IMG/VR virus record: IMGVR_UViG_3300046648_000213
Location: 1 to 64,000 of that record
Direction: 5' to 3' (one strand)
Length of the DNA stretch: 64,000 nt
From: a virus
Under the pieces are notes generated by a model. That model ran no database searches. It saw nothing but the letters and a program-made list of their open reading frames with translations, and was not told the DNA's origin. The first letter of the stretch is position 1. Each line of letters starts with the position of its first letter. Both the position numbers and the translations under genes were made by a program. Below, in pieces: positions 20,101-29,498 of this stretch.

Positions 20101-20712
20101 CCTGTAGTCAAGCTGGTACGAGACGTTTCCGTTGCCGTCCCAACCGAGCGCCACGCCGATGCCGTAGGCGGCAGACGGTGCTTGCCACTGGTATTGGTGC
20201 ATGCCGGTGACCGCGTTCGACCATGATGAGCCGACCGGCATCGGGACGAAGGGGCCTCCGCCGTTCGAGAGCTCGACGTGGTACGAGACGGACGAGCCGT
20301 GAATGTCGCCTGTGCCGGTGTCCGTTGAAGTCAGCGCCGGTACGCTCACCGTGAGCCGCACCGCGTTGGTTTCCGGATTCGTGATCGTGCGCACGAGCGG
20401 CGTCTGCGCGGACACCTTTTGTCCGACAGTGACTTCGTTCTCCGCTTCCGGAAAGCCAGCGATGTACGCCTGATCCGCCGTGCCGGTACGCACGTCGACG
20501 CGCACATTGGAGAAGTTCCACGAGCCGTCCGTCGCCTGGAGCGGCGTGTCGTCGAGATAAATGGACTGGAGGCCGTTGACCAGACCGCCGATCTCACCCT
20601 CGCTCAACAGGTCGAGCACGCGCGCGTACTCGGAGGATCGCAGCGTATTGGGGTCTTCGTTTCCGCCGCCGCCCCCGCCGCCCTTGTAGCCGATGATTCC
20701 TTTACGTGCCAA
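17140..20712 (-). CDS. Tail tip/host specificity protein J
   Basis: DLLSEGEIGG, WTDNPAWI, CTSRGQAHRVGKW, Fn3-like domains, C-terminal ADRFAIV. Confidence 0.95.
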   Translation of the reverse strand: MARKGIIGYKGGGGGGGNEDPNTLRSSEYARVLDLLSEGEIGGLVNGLQSIYLDDTPLQATDGSWNFSNVRVDVRTGTADQAYIAGFPEAENEVTVGQKVSAQTPLVRTITNPETNAVRLTVSVPALTSTDTGTGDIHGSSVSYHVELSNGGGPFVPMPVGSSWSNAVTGMHQYQWQAPSAAYGIGVALGWDGNGNVSYQLDYRLVGTTEWVTYTTETINKSDLDIQLTYEANSGNASAGMSSSGSQSALLQMKKSARVIDIPLVNGQYEVRLTKTGGNGDIYIYGGRVPGTSNTDTISGKTTAKYERSFYMPLTGQAPWSIRLVRDTPDNVKSNVTNDLYWDSYTEVIEAKLRYPLSAIVGLRVDATQFSSIPRRSYHIYGIKVKVPSNYDPASRGYNGTWDGTFKVAWTDNPAWIFYDLATNKRYGLGNYIDETHIDKWQLYSIAAYCDQLVPTGFLDEAGNKTYEPRFTCNCYLQQEEDAWKVLADLAAVFRGMVYWGVGSVSLNQDAPQDVFWQFNQSNVVNGNFEYSGTARNARHTVALVQWNDPLNMYNQAYEYVQDDDGVARLGYNKTDVVAFGCTSRGQAHRVGKWILYSEIYETETVSFDTGLEGVPLRPGHVIQIADQVRAGARRGGRVLSGSTTSAINIDQPLNLDAGKTYTLSLMSGGSLVTRNISNPAGSTNVLHVNQALPTAPEADAVWVVSEPALEPQLFRVLNVKENTSEGTYTVTALEYNASKFGAIEDGLTLEVPKTSIVPATAAQPINLRVDESTYFLAPGVLGVKLHFSWSASSPLYNVKWRRSDDGHVSNWTEVQVQSPQFDLEPVAEDGQYDFAVSAVTTQGQVSPESDITYKVLGTTNPPGPPTNLTAKGDFRSVILNWANPSSIDLDHIEIWESSRDDVSTAVMVGTAHGTQYVRTGLPGLTTRWYWIKAVNMRGMASQFNSNEGTVATTTQATHDDMVQQFIDNSLLAPTLLSEITANSGAAAQLLSYFDQQSQASADIASLKQAVAVLQNFVNTGKSDTTQFVTQETLLNVQNELVQAAVDQINGVYNGPSGVIAQQITNLKTAVDQQFASIQVTAQTLNGLSAQYTIKVDANGAIAGIGLASTTANGVPDSEVTIVADRFAIVAPNSQGAAEAQYPFIIQTINGIPMISMNSAFITEVTAALLHSPDNKFRIDLNNKLISIEV
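19593..19627. repeat. Short pentamer array embedded in gene J
   Basis: GAATT GAACT GAACT GAGTT GCATC GACTC GAAGT, using atypical codons. Confidence 0.45.
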
Positions 20713-21313
20713 GGGGAATGTCTCCTGCTTCGAGGCCGGCGGAGATCACTTGCGAGCCGACAACCATCTTTCCGTAGCAGAGCGGTACGGGAGAGCCTTG
20801 CGCCGTCGTATTGACCGCGCCGGAGAACGAATAGGACGGTTGCTGATTGGCTGCGTTGCGCAACGTCGGCGCGCGGTTGCCGAGCAGCAGGGCCGAGATG
20901 CCACCCATGACAAGTCCGACCGTGACTGCCGATACCGTCGAGGCGGACATGACCGTCGCGCCGGCGATGACCAGCGCCCCGCCCGCGCCCATCGTGCAGA
21001 CGGTCAGCGCGACCGCTGCGGCGATCATCAGAATGCCGGCGACTGCGCCGCTCTTCTGACCGCGCACGACAGGCGAGATGCGGATCGTCTCCGCTCCGGT
21101 CGGGCTGAGGAACGTGTCCTCGCCGATCGGGCGGTTGTCGACGAACACGCGGTAGGAAAGCCCTTTTTGGGCGGCTTGTGCGAGGTGGGCGACGAAGCCC
21201 TTATTGTTCGCGGCGAGCGCTCGAAACGCTTCGGCCGGCGTGCGAATGTCGAATCGCCACTCCCGGCCGAACTTCTTCCCGAGCGCGCCCGACAGTTTGA
21301 CTGTTCGGAGCAC
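20702..21313 (-). CDS. Tail assembly protein I
   Basis: VKLSGALGKKFGR; NTTAQGSPVPLCYG..VGSQVISAG. Confidence 0.92.
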   Translation of the reverse strand: MLRTVKLSGALGKKFGREWRFDIRTPAEAFRALAANNKGFVAHLAQAAQKGLSYRVFVDNRPIGEDTFLSPTGAETIRISPVVRGQKSGAVAGILMIAAAVALTVCTMGAGGALVIAGATVMSASTVSAVTVGLVMGGISALLLGNRAPTLRNAANQQPSYSFSGAVNTTAQGSPVPLCYGKMVVGSQVISAGLEAGDIPLGT

Positions 21314-21334
21314 GGCCTCTCCTTATTCTTGTTT

Positions 21335-22057
21335 TTATAGAAGGCTCTTGTGGCGGTACACCCCGCGCGTCAGCCTGCGCCACGAGTCGGTGTACACCTC
21401 TCTGACCGACATTCTATTGTAGAGGTGGTGAATGATCCAGTTGCGAGAAGCGTCGGCGTAGACCGCGCCGTGGTTCGGCGTGCGCGCACCGATCTGCATC
21501 AGAATGCCGTCGTGCTCGCGCAGATCGCTGATCGGCACCTGCACGAAGCCGGCCTCGTCCATGTACTTCAGGTACGGGTTCTCGTCTCCGGGACGCATCC
21601 ACCAGTGGTCTTTGCGCGGGAAGTCCGGGAGCTTGATGCCGAGCACCTCGTCGTAGTAGTCGCGCACCAGCGCCCAACAGTCGAGCACGCCGTGATAGAA
21701 GTTGCGGCCGATCAGTGGTGCTTTCCATCCGGACGGCTGAAGGTCGAAAACCGCACCGCCAGGCCACGCCATGATGTGCCACGGCACCGCCATCTCCTCG
21801 CACGCGACGCGATCCGCGTCGGACGGCAGCGGGCTCGCGTTCGGATGCGTGTGGCAAACGGCGATGATCTCGCCTTCACTCTCCGCGCGCGCGAGCTCCT
21901 CGCCCGATATTTCGAAGCCCTTCGTCGGATCGTACGCAACGTTCTGGCAAGCGCGGAACACCTCCGCGCCGTTGACGAGCATGACAAGTCCGCACGCCTC
22001 CTTCGGAAACTCAGCTTCTGCGAGCCGCTTGAATTCGTTCAGGGTCTGTTCGTTCAT
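21335..22057 (-). CDS. Tail tip protein K (JAB + NlpC/P60)
   Basis: PKEACG, HTHP...PSDAD, LDCWALVRDYY, NHGAVY, IIHH. Confidence 0.92.
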   Translation of the reverse strand: MNEQTLNEFKRLAEAEFPKEACGLVMLVNGAEVFRACQNVAYDPTKGFEISGEELARAESEGEIIAVCHTHPNASPLPSDADRVACEEMAVPWHIMAWPGGAVFDLQPSGWKAPLIGRNFYHGVLDCWALVRDYYDEVLGIKLPDFPRKDHWWMRPGDENPYLKYMDEAGFVQVPISDLREHDGILMQIGARTPNHGAVYADASRNWIIHHLYNRMSVREVYTDSWRRLTRGVYRHKSLL

Positions 22058-22758
22058 CACGCTTGGTTCATGAATTGAGAGGCGGGGAATCCGCCGTACG
22101 GCAGGATCGCCGTGGCGCCCCATCGGCACTTGCACCCTGTCGGCGTCTTCGGGCACTGGTCCTTCGCCGCGTCGGTCGTCGGCTGATTGTTGATGTCATA
22201 CATGCTGCCCGCGTACCCGCAACCTTCCTTACGGTAGGTGAAGGTGCAGACATTCGCGATGACCTTGCGCCCCGGCACCTTGACGCCAGTCACCTCGCTC
22301 GCCGGCCCGAGCTCAAGCTGCACGATCAGGTTGTTGTCCTTCGCCTTGCGGGTCACGAAGTAGATGTCGACCGGGTACTCAGCCGTGGGGTCCGCGTACG
22401 GATTCACTCCGCCTTCGAAGTTCACCGCGTCGAGGTACTTGTACGGAACCCGGTGCCGCGTCACCCGCGCGTTGATGTAATCGTTCAGGCTTTTGATAAG
22501 CTGGCCGATCACGCCATCGATATTGAACAAGGTGAGCGTCGGCTGCGGCAGCCGGTTCTGGCCATCGAACTCGAAGCCTTCCGCCTGGACAGGGAAGGGC
22601 GTGTACGTCACGTTCTGCCAAACGACCGGCTGCTTCATCTCGTTCGAGCCGGCGTAAAAGTGGAACACGTCTCCGCCGAACGACGTGCCGTCGAGCTCGA
22701 AGAGGACGATCTCGGCCGTCGTCTCGAGCTTGCTGTAATAGTCGAGGCTCAGGCTCAT
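22057..22758 (-). CDS. Minor tail protein L
   Basis: KYLDAVNF; Cys cluster C..YRKEGCGY...DQCPK...GCKCRW; YGGFP. Confidence 0.92.
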   Translation of the reverse strand: MSLSLDYYSKLETTAEIVLFELDGTSFGGDVFHFYAGSNEMKQPVVWQNVTYTPFPVQAEGFEFDGQNRLPQPTLTLFNIDGVIGQLIKSLNDYINARVTRHRVPYKYLDAVNFEGGVNPYADPTAEYPVDIYFVTRKAKDNNLIVQLELGPASEVTGVKVPGRKVIANVCTFTYRKEGCGYAGSMYDINNQPTTDAAKDQCPKTPTGCKCRWGATAILPYGGFPASQFMNQA

Positions 22759-23096
22759 GGGTTCAAGTCCTCCACGAAGGTGCCGGTGAAGGTGTTGCCG
22801 TTGAACTCATCGAACGACACCTGCCACTGCTTGCAGGTCCACTTCCGCTGCGTTTTGCGCGGCGGTGTCCAGAGAAAGGAGACTGCCCCCTTTCTCGCTG
22901 CGAGCCATTCGTCGATCGCGTCCGCGTCCGCGTCGCTCAGCACGTTGATGGTGATGGCGTAGGTGAGCGGTGCGTTGTTGATGCCATCGGGCGCGCGCCC
23001 GATGTATCCGTCCCCGAACTTGACTTCCCTGACCGTAGGCTGCCGGGTCAGGTTCGTCGAGTAGGACGGCTTCCACGTGAAGTCGTCAGCTGCCAT
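22755..23096 (-). CDS. Minor tail protein M
   Basis: VKFGDGY..RAPDGIN; SFLWTPP. Confidence 0.92.
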   Translation of the reverse strand: MAADDFTWKPSYSTNLTRQPTVREVKFGDGYIGRAPDGINNAPLTYAITINVLSDADADAIDEWLAARKGAVSFLWTPPRKTQRKWTCKQWQVSFDEFNGNTFTGTFVEDLNP

Positions 23097-23102
23097 TTTT
23101 TA

Positions 23103-26100
23103 TTATCGTTTGTTGAGCAAGCCGCCCGGTTTCATCTCAGTGTTCAGTTGCTGCTGCACCAACTGCTTCACACTGTTCGCGAGCTTCGTCCACTGCGAGT
23201 TGTTCACGTCACCGAGTCCGCTGCCGCCGGAGGAGTCGCTGCTGCTCGACGCTCCGTTGCTGCCGCCGACGTTGATCGTGATCTGCACGTTATTCTGGTT
23301 CGCACCGCCCGAGCCGTCAACCGGGGCAAGGCTCCTCATCTGCTCCTTCGTGAATACGCCTTCACCCTGCTTCGCGATGATCGGCACCTCGTCACCGACG
23401 ATGCCGCCGGTGTGGAAGCGCGGCGCACCGGAGAACAGACTGCTGCTCACCGACTTCGACGGATTGTCGGAGACGCCAACGATACCGCCGCTGTGCTTGG
23501 TGCCGACCGCCGCAGTGAACAGCGAGCTCGCCCCCATCGTGATTCCGCCGGCGATACCAGCGATCGCCTTCTCGATCGCGATCTTTGCGAGCATCTCGAG
23601 AATCGACGCGCCGAGCTCCTTCCACTGCGCCTTCTGGCCCATCACCATCCTCGTGAGGCTGTTGGTGAGGCCGTCCATTGCCGACGTCCAGACACCAGCC
23701 ACCGCCTTCGCCGCGTTCTCGTGCTGGTCCTGATACTGCTGCGTCGCGCGCTGCATCTGCTCCATGACGCTGTGCTCTTGATCGTACGATGCGGCCACCT
23801 CGTCTACGGCCTGCTTCTCAGCGGTTGCACGGTTTACCTTCAGCGCATCGAGCGCGTCTTGCGCCTTCGATAGCGACAACCCCTTGGCCTTGAGATCGTT
23901 AAGGTGCTGCTCGGCCGCAGCGATCGCCGGGTTGTACTGCTGATCGACCTTGAACGTCGCGTTGGACTTGTCGGCGTCGAGCTTCGACATCCCGAAAGTG
24001 GCGCGCTTCTGCGCGGATTTTTCAGCCGCAGTGTCTCCTTTGGCGCGCAACTCGGCCGCCTGCACGCGCGAGAGGTTCAGGTAAAGTTCGTCGAGTTCCC
24101 TGTTGGCGCTCTCCGTCTGTTCGGTGAGCAGTTGAACTGGTGACTTACCGACAGCCCCGGCGCGGCGCCAGGAGTCCATCGCAGCGGTAGCTGCCTTCAG
24201 GCGCTCCGCCACACCTTCCTCGCTCAACTCAAGCTGGAGGTTGTCGATTGCCGCGTTCTTCGTCGACTTGCGCGTGAGTTCAAGTGCTTCAGTTTTTTCC
24301 TTCAGCGCGCGAATTTCCTTCTCGCCGGACTCTACCGCCGAGCCGATCTTCTTGTCCGCGCCAATGAAGTTGTCTATGGCTCGCTGGTCCTTCAACCTCT
24401 GCGCGTTGCTTTGCTCGACCTCAACCCGCGTCCGGGCATCCTTCTCCACCCGGTTGATTTCGTCCTGCGCTTCCTTATCTCGCGCAGTTGCGCGCAGCGC
24501 CTCGAGTGCTGAAATGAGCTTGCGCTCCGCTGCAATGTCGGCGGCGATGCGGCGGCTCTGGATAGCATCAGTCTGTGCGAGATACTCCCCATCCTCGAGC
24601 AGCTTCGCCTTATTCAGTTCGTCAGCGATCTTCTGCTGGTCGCGCGCGGCGGACTCGGCAAGTGTCGTCTCGTTCTTGTACGCGTCGCGCGCATTCGACA
24701 CGCGGTCGACCCAAAGGCGCTGCGCGGCGGCTGCGGCTTCCTTGTCCGCCGGCTGATGCGTTTCGGTGCCGTACTGTTGCGTACCTACCGCCGTGGCCTT
24801 CGCGTCGCCGTCTGCGGCGGCCTGCAGCTTTTCGGCCTCGTGCACTGCCGTGACGAACTTTTCACGGTCGGACTGCAGCGTCGAGAGCAGCTTCTTCGAG
24901 ATTTCGTCGCTGTAGCCCTTCAACTGGCTGATGCGGTAGTCAAGGTCGCCGGCAACGTTCGCCTGCGCCATCTTTCCGTTCAGGCTCATGTCGAGCGGCT
25001 GCTTGAGCAACTCCTCCGACTTCGCCGCCGCCGCGCGCGCGTCATTCTGCTCGCGCTCGCGTCGCTCCTTCATGCGCTGGTCGTTGATGACCCCGCCGAG
25101 CCAGGACGAATCGCCGACCTCTGACTTTCCGTGGCCGGGGCCGACGCCGTTGGCCGGATCGAACACCTTGTTCCAAGCGTTCGCGATCGCGCTCGTCACG
25201 CCCGCCGTGTGCAGGGCAATACGGTCGAGCACGCCCTTCACGCCGAGCTCGAACGTCTTCCACCCGGACTCCTGCTTGCGCAGGCTATCCTCGGTGACGC
25301 GCTCCGCCTGCGCGTACGACGTCGCCGCCTTGATGACCATCTGGTCGAACTGCTCGTTCTCGACTCGGCCCCACTCGGCGTAGATTTTCTTGACGTTATC
25401 GATGAAAGCGGCGAGCGCGGTTTCCTTGTCGCCGCTGCTCTGCTGATAAGCGCGCAACGCGTCGTTTAGGTGCGTGCGCAGCGCAGTGAACTCCATGCTG
25501 TTCAACTGCTGCTGATGCTCGTAGTCCTTATTGCGCGAATCCACGCGCCGCGCGTCGAAGTCCTGCTGCAGATGACCGAGCGAGTCGTAGTGCGGCTTGG
25601 CCTTCTCCATCGTGGTCGCCAGCTTGGCCTGCACATTGTCGGCGGCCAGATACACCGTGTCCTCGAGGCCCTTGAACGCCGCTGCCGTACCGGAGACGGA
25701 CTGCTTGCCGTCGTCGGCGAACGCCCACCACGCGACGCCTGCCGCGACGAGCGCGCCGACGAGCAGCGACAGCCCGCCGGTCGCCGCCGCGAGAGTCGCA
25801 GCCTCGACTTCTTCGGCAGTCGCCAGCGACACGAAGCCGATCCGCACGAAGTCCAGCGCCTTGCGCAGGTTCATGAAACCCGTGACGGCGGCGCCAGCAA
25901 CGTCGCCAGCAAGCATGCCGGCCTTCAGCGCGATGTACGCCTTCGCCACGGCTTCGACCGCCGGACCGGCCTTGATGAGCTCCTCGACAAGGTGTGCGAC
26001 GCTCGATGCGGTGGAGTTGACGCCGTTGCGGAACTCAGCCGATGCAAACGTCTGCTTCAGGTAGACGGCGAGATCGTGCATGCCGCCCGAGTTGCTCTGG

Positions 26101-28580
26101 AACGCGGAGATCAAGTCGGCCTGGAGCGTGTTCATCGCCTCGGACAACTGACCCTTCGTCGTGTCCTTCAATTCGGACGCGGCGCGCTGCATGAAGCCAA
26201 GGTTGTCGGAGGCGTGCAGCAGCTGCTCGTTGATGCCCTGCAGTTCCCCCTTCGCGCCCTCGAGCAGCGTCAGCAGCACCTTGCCGCCGCGCTGGCCTGC
26301 GATCTCGTTGATGAAGTTGTTCTGGCCTTGCTGCGTCTGCGTGCTCAGCTTGGCCTTCATCTCCTCGATGATTGAGACGATGCTGCGGAAGCGGCCTTCC
26401 GAGTCGTACATCTCGACGCCGAGCGCTTGGATCGCCTTGCGCGCCGCAGACGTGCGGCCCATCAGGTCCTCCATCATCGCGCGGATCGCCGTACCCGCCG
26501 CGGAGCCGCCGATGTTCTTCCGGCCGAGCTCCACGAGCACCGCGCCGGTTTCTTCCATCGAGATGTTGAAGCGCGACGCGATGCTCGAGGCTTGCTTCAT
26601 CGACTCGCCGATCGCTTCGGGCGTTTGCCGCGCGAGCTTACCGGCCTTCGCGAACACGTCGCCGATATGCGGCAGGTCAGCGGCTGTCTCCTTGAACGCT
26701 GTCATCGAACCGAGCAACAGATTCGTGCCAGTCTTCGCGTCCGTCTCGCCGACCTGCGCGAAGTTCATCGCCGCCGGCAGCGCGCGCAGCGAGTCCTGCG
26801 CCGACAGACCGGCCTGCGCGAGCGTGCGCATCGCCGTCGCAAGGTCAAGGCTGCTCGCCATCATGCTGCTGGACATCTCGAGCACGCGGCGGCCGGCGGA
26901 CTCCATCGTCTCGCCAGTCGCTTCCGAGATGACCTGCACGAACTTCATCTGGTATTCGAATTCGCTGCCGGCCTTCACCGCCTGCACAAGCGCGGAGGCA
27001 AGTCCGAAGCCCGCTGCCATGCCCGCCGTCTGCGTAAGCATGCCGACGCCGCCGCCGAAGCCGGAAGACAGCCCCTTGTTGAGGCCGGCCATCTGCGTGC
27101 TAACCTCAGCCGCCTGGACGCGCTGCAGGCGCAGAGCCTCAGTGTGCTCGACGGTGGCCGCAGTCCCCTTGGCCTGTGCCGCTGCCTCCTGCTCGAGCTC
27201 GATGCGCAGCTGGTGGACGTTCGCGGCTGCCGCTACGGCTGCCGATCCGTAGCGCGCGATCGCCGCTTCTTCGGAGACGCCGCCCGCCATCGCGAGGCCG
27301 GCCGACTCCGCCGTGCGCAGGCGCGAGCGCGGGGAGGAGGTCGCGAAGGACGCATTCCTGAACGCGTCCGCGTCCGCCATCTTCTCCGCGGCCCACCGCT
27401 CGTTCTGCAACATCAGATCGAGCGCCTGCTTCTGCGCCGCGAGGCGCTTCTCGTCCGACCAGCGCTCGCGCTGCGCGAGCATATCGAGCGCCTGCGCTTG
27501 CGCCTCGAGGCGCTTCTCCGCGCCCCAACGTTCCTGCTGCGCCATCAGGTCGACAGCTTCGACCTGCGCTTTGATGCGCTTCTCTTCGGACCAGCGATCC
27601 CGCTGCGCGAGCAGGTCCAGCGCCTCAGTCTGAGCCTGAAGGCGCTTCTCCGCGCCCCAACGCTCCTGCTGCGCAATAAGGTCAATGGCTTGATTCTGTG
27701 CCGAGACGCGCTTCTCAGCGGACCAGCGCTCGTTCTGCGCGATCACGTCGAGCGCTTCGAGTTGCGCCTGAAGGCGCTTCTCTGCGCCCCAACGCTCCTG
27801 CTGCGCCATAACGTCGATGGCTTCGTTCTGCGCGGCGATGCGCTTCTCAACGCTCCATCGCTCGTTCTGCGCAATGACGTCCAGCGCCTCGAGTTGCGCC
27901 TGCAGGCGCTTCTCCGCGCCCCAACGCTCCTGCTGTGCGAGCAGGTCGAGGGCTTGTACCTGTGCCTGAATGCGCTTGTCTTCCGACCAGCGCTCCTGCT
28001 GCGCCAGCACGTCAAGTGCCTCTACCTGCGCCTGAAGGCGCTTCTCCGCGCCCCAACGCTCCTGCTGCGCCATGACGTCTAGCGCCTGCATCTGGACGCG
28101 AATCTTCGCCTGCTCGCCGGCCTCAAGCGCGGCAAGTTCCACCTGCTGCCGCTGGTCCGCACCCTCGAGCGAGTTATAGACGTTCGCGCCGGTGCGCCCG
28201 AGCACGCTGTTGCGCGCGTTCAGGATGTCCGCGCGCTGCTTGGCGATCGCTTCGAGCTTCGCGTTGAGGTTGGCCTGCGTGCGAAGCTGCTCATCGGCAG
28301 CCTCCGTCGCCGCCTTCGCTTCGGCCTTCGCCGACGCCGCGACGCCCGACGCCCGCCGCTCGGCAGACGCGAGCACCGATTGCGTCATCGCATCGGTCGC
28401 TTGCGTGACTTCCACCTGCGCGGTGCGCGCGGCGGTCGCCGCTTCATTGCCGCTCACGCGAACGGCGTTCGCGAGGAGGGCAGAGGCGGAGGTGATCTGA
28501 TCGGTGAGGCCCTTGACCGACTCCTGAAGCTGCTTCAGGGCCGATACGTCTGCCTCGATTTTGAGGGTGAGTTGCGACAA
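23103..28580 (-). CDS. Tape measure protein
   Basis: 1825 aa, Ala-rich, TP901-type core (GSAAGTAIR), C-terminal FHTGGIVG; position between chaperones and M. Confidence 0.93.
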   Translation of the reverse strand: MSQLTLKIEADVSALKQLQESVKGLTDQITSASALLANAVRVSGNEAATAARTAQVEVTQATDAMTQSVLASAERRASGVAASAKAEAKAATEAADEQLRTQANLNAKLEAIAKQRADILNARNSVLGRTGANVYNSLEGADQRQQVELAALEAGEQAKIRVQMQALDVMAQQERWGAEKRLQAQVEALDVLAQQERWSEDKRIQAQVQALDLLAQQERWGAEKRLQAQLEALDVIAQNERWSVEKRIAAQNEAIDVMAQQERWGAEKRLQAQLEALDVIAQNERWSAEKRVSAQNQAIDLIAQQERWGAEKRLQAQTEALDLLAQRDRWSEEKRIKAQVEAVDLMAQQERWGAEKRLEAQAQALDMLAQRERWSDEKRLAAQKQALDLMLQNERWAAEKMADADAFRNASFATSSPRSRLRTAESAGLAMAGGVSEEAAIARYGSAAVAAAANVHQLRIELEQEAAAQAKGTAATVEHTEALRLQRVQAAEVSTQMAGLNKGLSSGFGGGVGMLTQTAGMAAGFGLASALVQAVKAGSEFEYQMKFVQVISEATGETMESAGRRVLEMSSSMMASSLDLATAMRTLAQAGLSAQDSLRALPAAMNFAQVGETDAKTGTNLLLGSMTAFKETAADLPHIGDVFAKAGKLARQTPEAIGESMKQASSIASRFNISMEETGAVLVELGRKNIGGSAAGTAIRAMMEDLMGRTSAARKAIQALGVEMYDSEGRFRSIVSIIEEMKAKLSTQTQQGQNNFINEIAGQRGGKVLLTLLEGAKGELQGINEQLLHASDNLGFMQRAASELKDTTKGQLSEAMNTLQADLISAFQSNSGGMHDLAVYLKQTFASAEFRNGVNSTASSVAHLVEELIKAGPAVEAVAKAYIALKAGMLAGDVAGAAVTGFMNLRKALDFVRIGFVSLATAEEVEAATLAAATGGLSLLVGALVAAGVAWWAFADDGKQSVSGTAAAFKGLEDTVYLAADNVQAKLATTMEKAKPHYDSLGHLQQDFDARRVDSRNKDYEHQQQLNSMEFTALRTHLNDALRAYQQSSGDKETALAAFIDNVKKIYAEWGRVENEQFDQMVIKAATSYAQAERVTEDSLRKQESGWKTFELGVKGVLDRIALHTAGVTSAIANAWNKVFDPANGVGPGHGKSEVGDSSWLGGVINDQRMKERREREQNDARAAAAKSEELLKQPLDMSLNGKMAQANVAGDLDYRISQLKGYSDEISKKLLSTLQSDREKFVTAVHEAEKLQAAADGDAKATAVGTQQYGTETHQPADKEAAAAAQRLWVDRVSNARDAYKNETTLAESAARDQQKIADELNKAKLLEDGEYLAQTDAIQSRRIAADIAAERKLISALEALRATARDKEAQDEINRVEKDARTRVEVEQSNAQRLKDQRAIDNFIGADKKIGSAVESGEKEIRALKEKTEALELTRKSTKNAAIDNLQLELSEEGVAERLKAATAAMDSWRRAGAVGKSPVQLLTEQTESANRELDELYLNLSRVQAAELRAKGDTAAEKSAQKRATFGMSKLDADKSNATFKVDQQYNPAIAAAEQHLNDLKAKGLSLSKAQDALDALKVNRATAEKQAVDEVAASYDQEHSVMEQMQRATQQYQDQHENAAKAVAGVWTSAMDGLTNSLTRMVMGQKAQWKELGASILEMLAKIAIEKAIAGIAGGITMGASSLFTAAVGTKHSGGIVGVSDNPSKSVSSSLFSGAPRFHTGGIVGDEVPIIAKQGEGVFTKEQMRSLAPVDGSGGANQNNVQITINVGGSNGASSSSDSSGGSGLGDVNNSQWTKLANSVKQLVQQQLNTEMKPGGLLNKR
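27390..28100 (-). repeat. Eleven 66-bp (22-aa) repeats in the tape measure N-terminus
   Basis: AQQERW(G/S)xEKRxxAQxxAxD repeated, alternating G/S units. Confidence 0.9.
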
Positions 28581-28658
28581 ACGGCCCCCTTCTTATTGTT
28601 TTTTTAGGCGTTTTATGTTCCGCATTATCCTTTCCGGAGCATAAAAAAACCAGCCCGA

Positions 28659-28991
28659 TTAGGGGCTGGTTTTCTTCGAAGCGGTGAACTCCATGTACGC
28701 CGCGTCGAGCCTTCGCACCACGCGGAGCAGACGGAGCCGTTCATCGGCCGTGTAGTCCCCGAGCAACTGAACGTAGGCAAGCACTTCTGAGCAGGGTATC
28801 GGCCCGATCGTCATGCCTATTTGTCGGCTTGGATTCAGGTCGTAAAACGCCTCCAGAAAGTGCCTGTTCTGCTGCTGCAGGGTCGGCCGATCAACGAGCG
28901 CCTTCGGCTTGATACCGCTCACCTCGTAGACCTCGAGCAGGGTCGGGTACTGGTCCCCCCACTCGAGCTCCCAAAGCAAGCAGTCGATCAG
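28659..28991 (-). CDS. Tail assembly chaperone, -1 frameshift extension (gpGT-like)
   Basis: Open -1 frame after the A AAA AAC slippery site; typical AFYDL..SRQIG..IP motif. Confidence 0.8.
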   Translation of the reverse strand: MIDCLLWELEWGDQYPTLLEVYEVSGIKPKALVDRPTLQQQNRHFLEAFYDLNPSRQIGMTIGPIPCSEVLAYVQLLGDYTADERLRLLRVVRRLDAAYMEFTASKKTSP

Positions 28992-29383
28992 TTTTTTTCG
29001 GCTTCGGCCTCAGCTTGCGCGCGGAAGTTTTCGAAGTTGTCGGAGTGCTGCGCGACCACGCGGCGGAAGTCCTTGTGATTCAGGACCAGGCGCGCGTTCT
29101 CGAGGCTATACGGCAGGGTCTTGCCCTTGTACTTCAGGCCGTCCCAACCCTTCAGCAGCGTCTGCGCCATCACCTCGACCATGATCTCGTCCGACTTCGC
29201 GTCAGCGGTGTCGTCGCCCTTGTCGAGCACGGCCTTGTTCTGCTCGACCAGCTTCGCCAGCAGCTTCGAGTACGCGCGGCTATTCGAGCGCGCGACGCGG
29301 ATCGACGCGCCTTGGCCGAGATCGACGCGCGCGCCGTTCTTCTCGAGGTCTTCGTTGGTGGCGAAAGATGCAAAGATGTCCAC
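28988..29383 (-). CDS. Tail assembly chaperone (gpG-like)
   Basis: LLKGWDGL...PYSLENA; ends AEKN at the slippery site. Confidence 0.85.
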   Translation of the reverse strand: MDIFASFATNEDLEKNGARVDLGQGASIRVARSNSRAYSKLLAKLVEQNKAVLDKGDDTADAKSDEIMVEVMAQTLLKGWDGLKYKGKTLPYSLENARLVLNHKDFRRVVAQHSDNFENFRAQAEAEAEKN

Positions 29384-29420
29384 GGTGTTCCTTTGTCGTT
29401 GTGGTTATGAGAACGGGCGG

Positions 29421-29449
29421 AGTATGTCCCGTACAGCTAAATATGTCAA
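29421..29449 (-). promoter_or_regulatory. Sigma70-type promoter for the tail chaperone
   Basis: TTGACA-17-CATACT, overlapped by the GTCCC-N12-ATGTC motif. Confidence 0.65.
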
Positions 29450-29498
29450 TCAGGGATACAGAAAATGCCGGGTTTCCCCGGCATTCTCAGTTTGCTGC

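Noticed and set aside
4998-20712. Diversity-generating retroelement or invertase acting on fibres
   Set aside because: No reverse transcriptase, recombinase or TR/VR-like repeat pair seen
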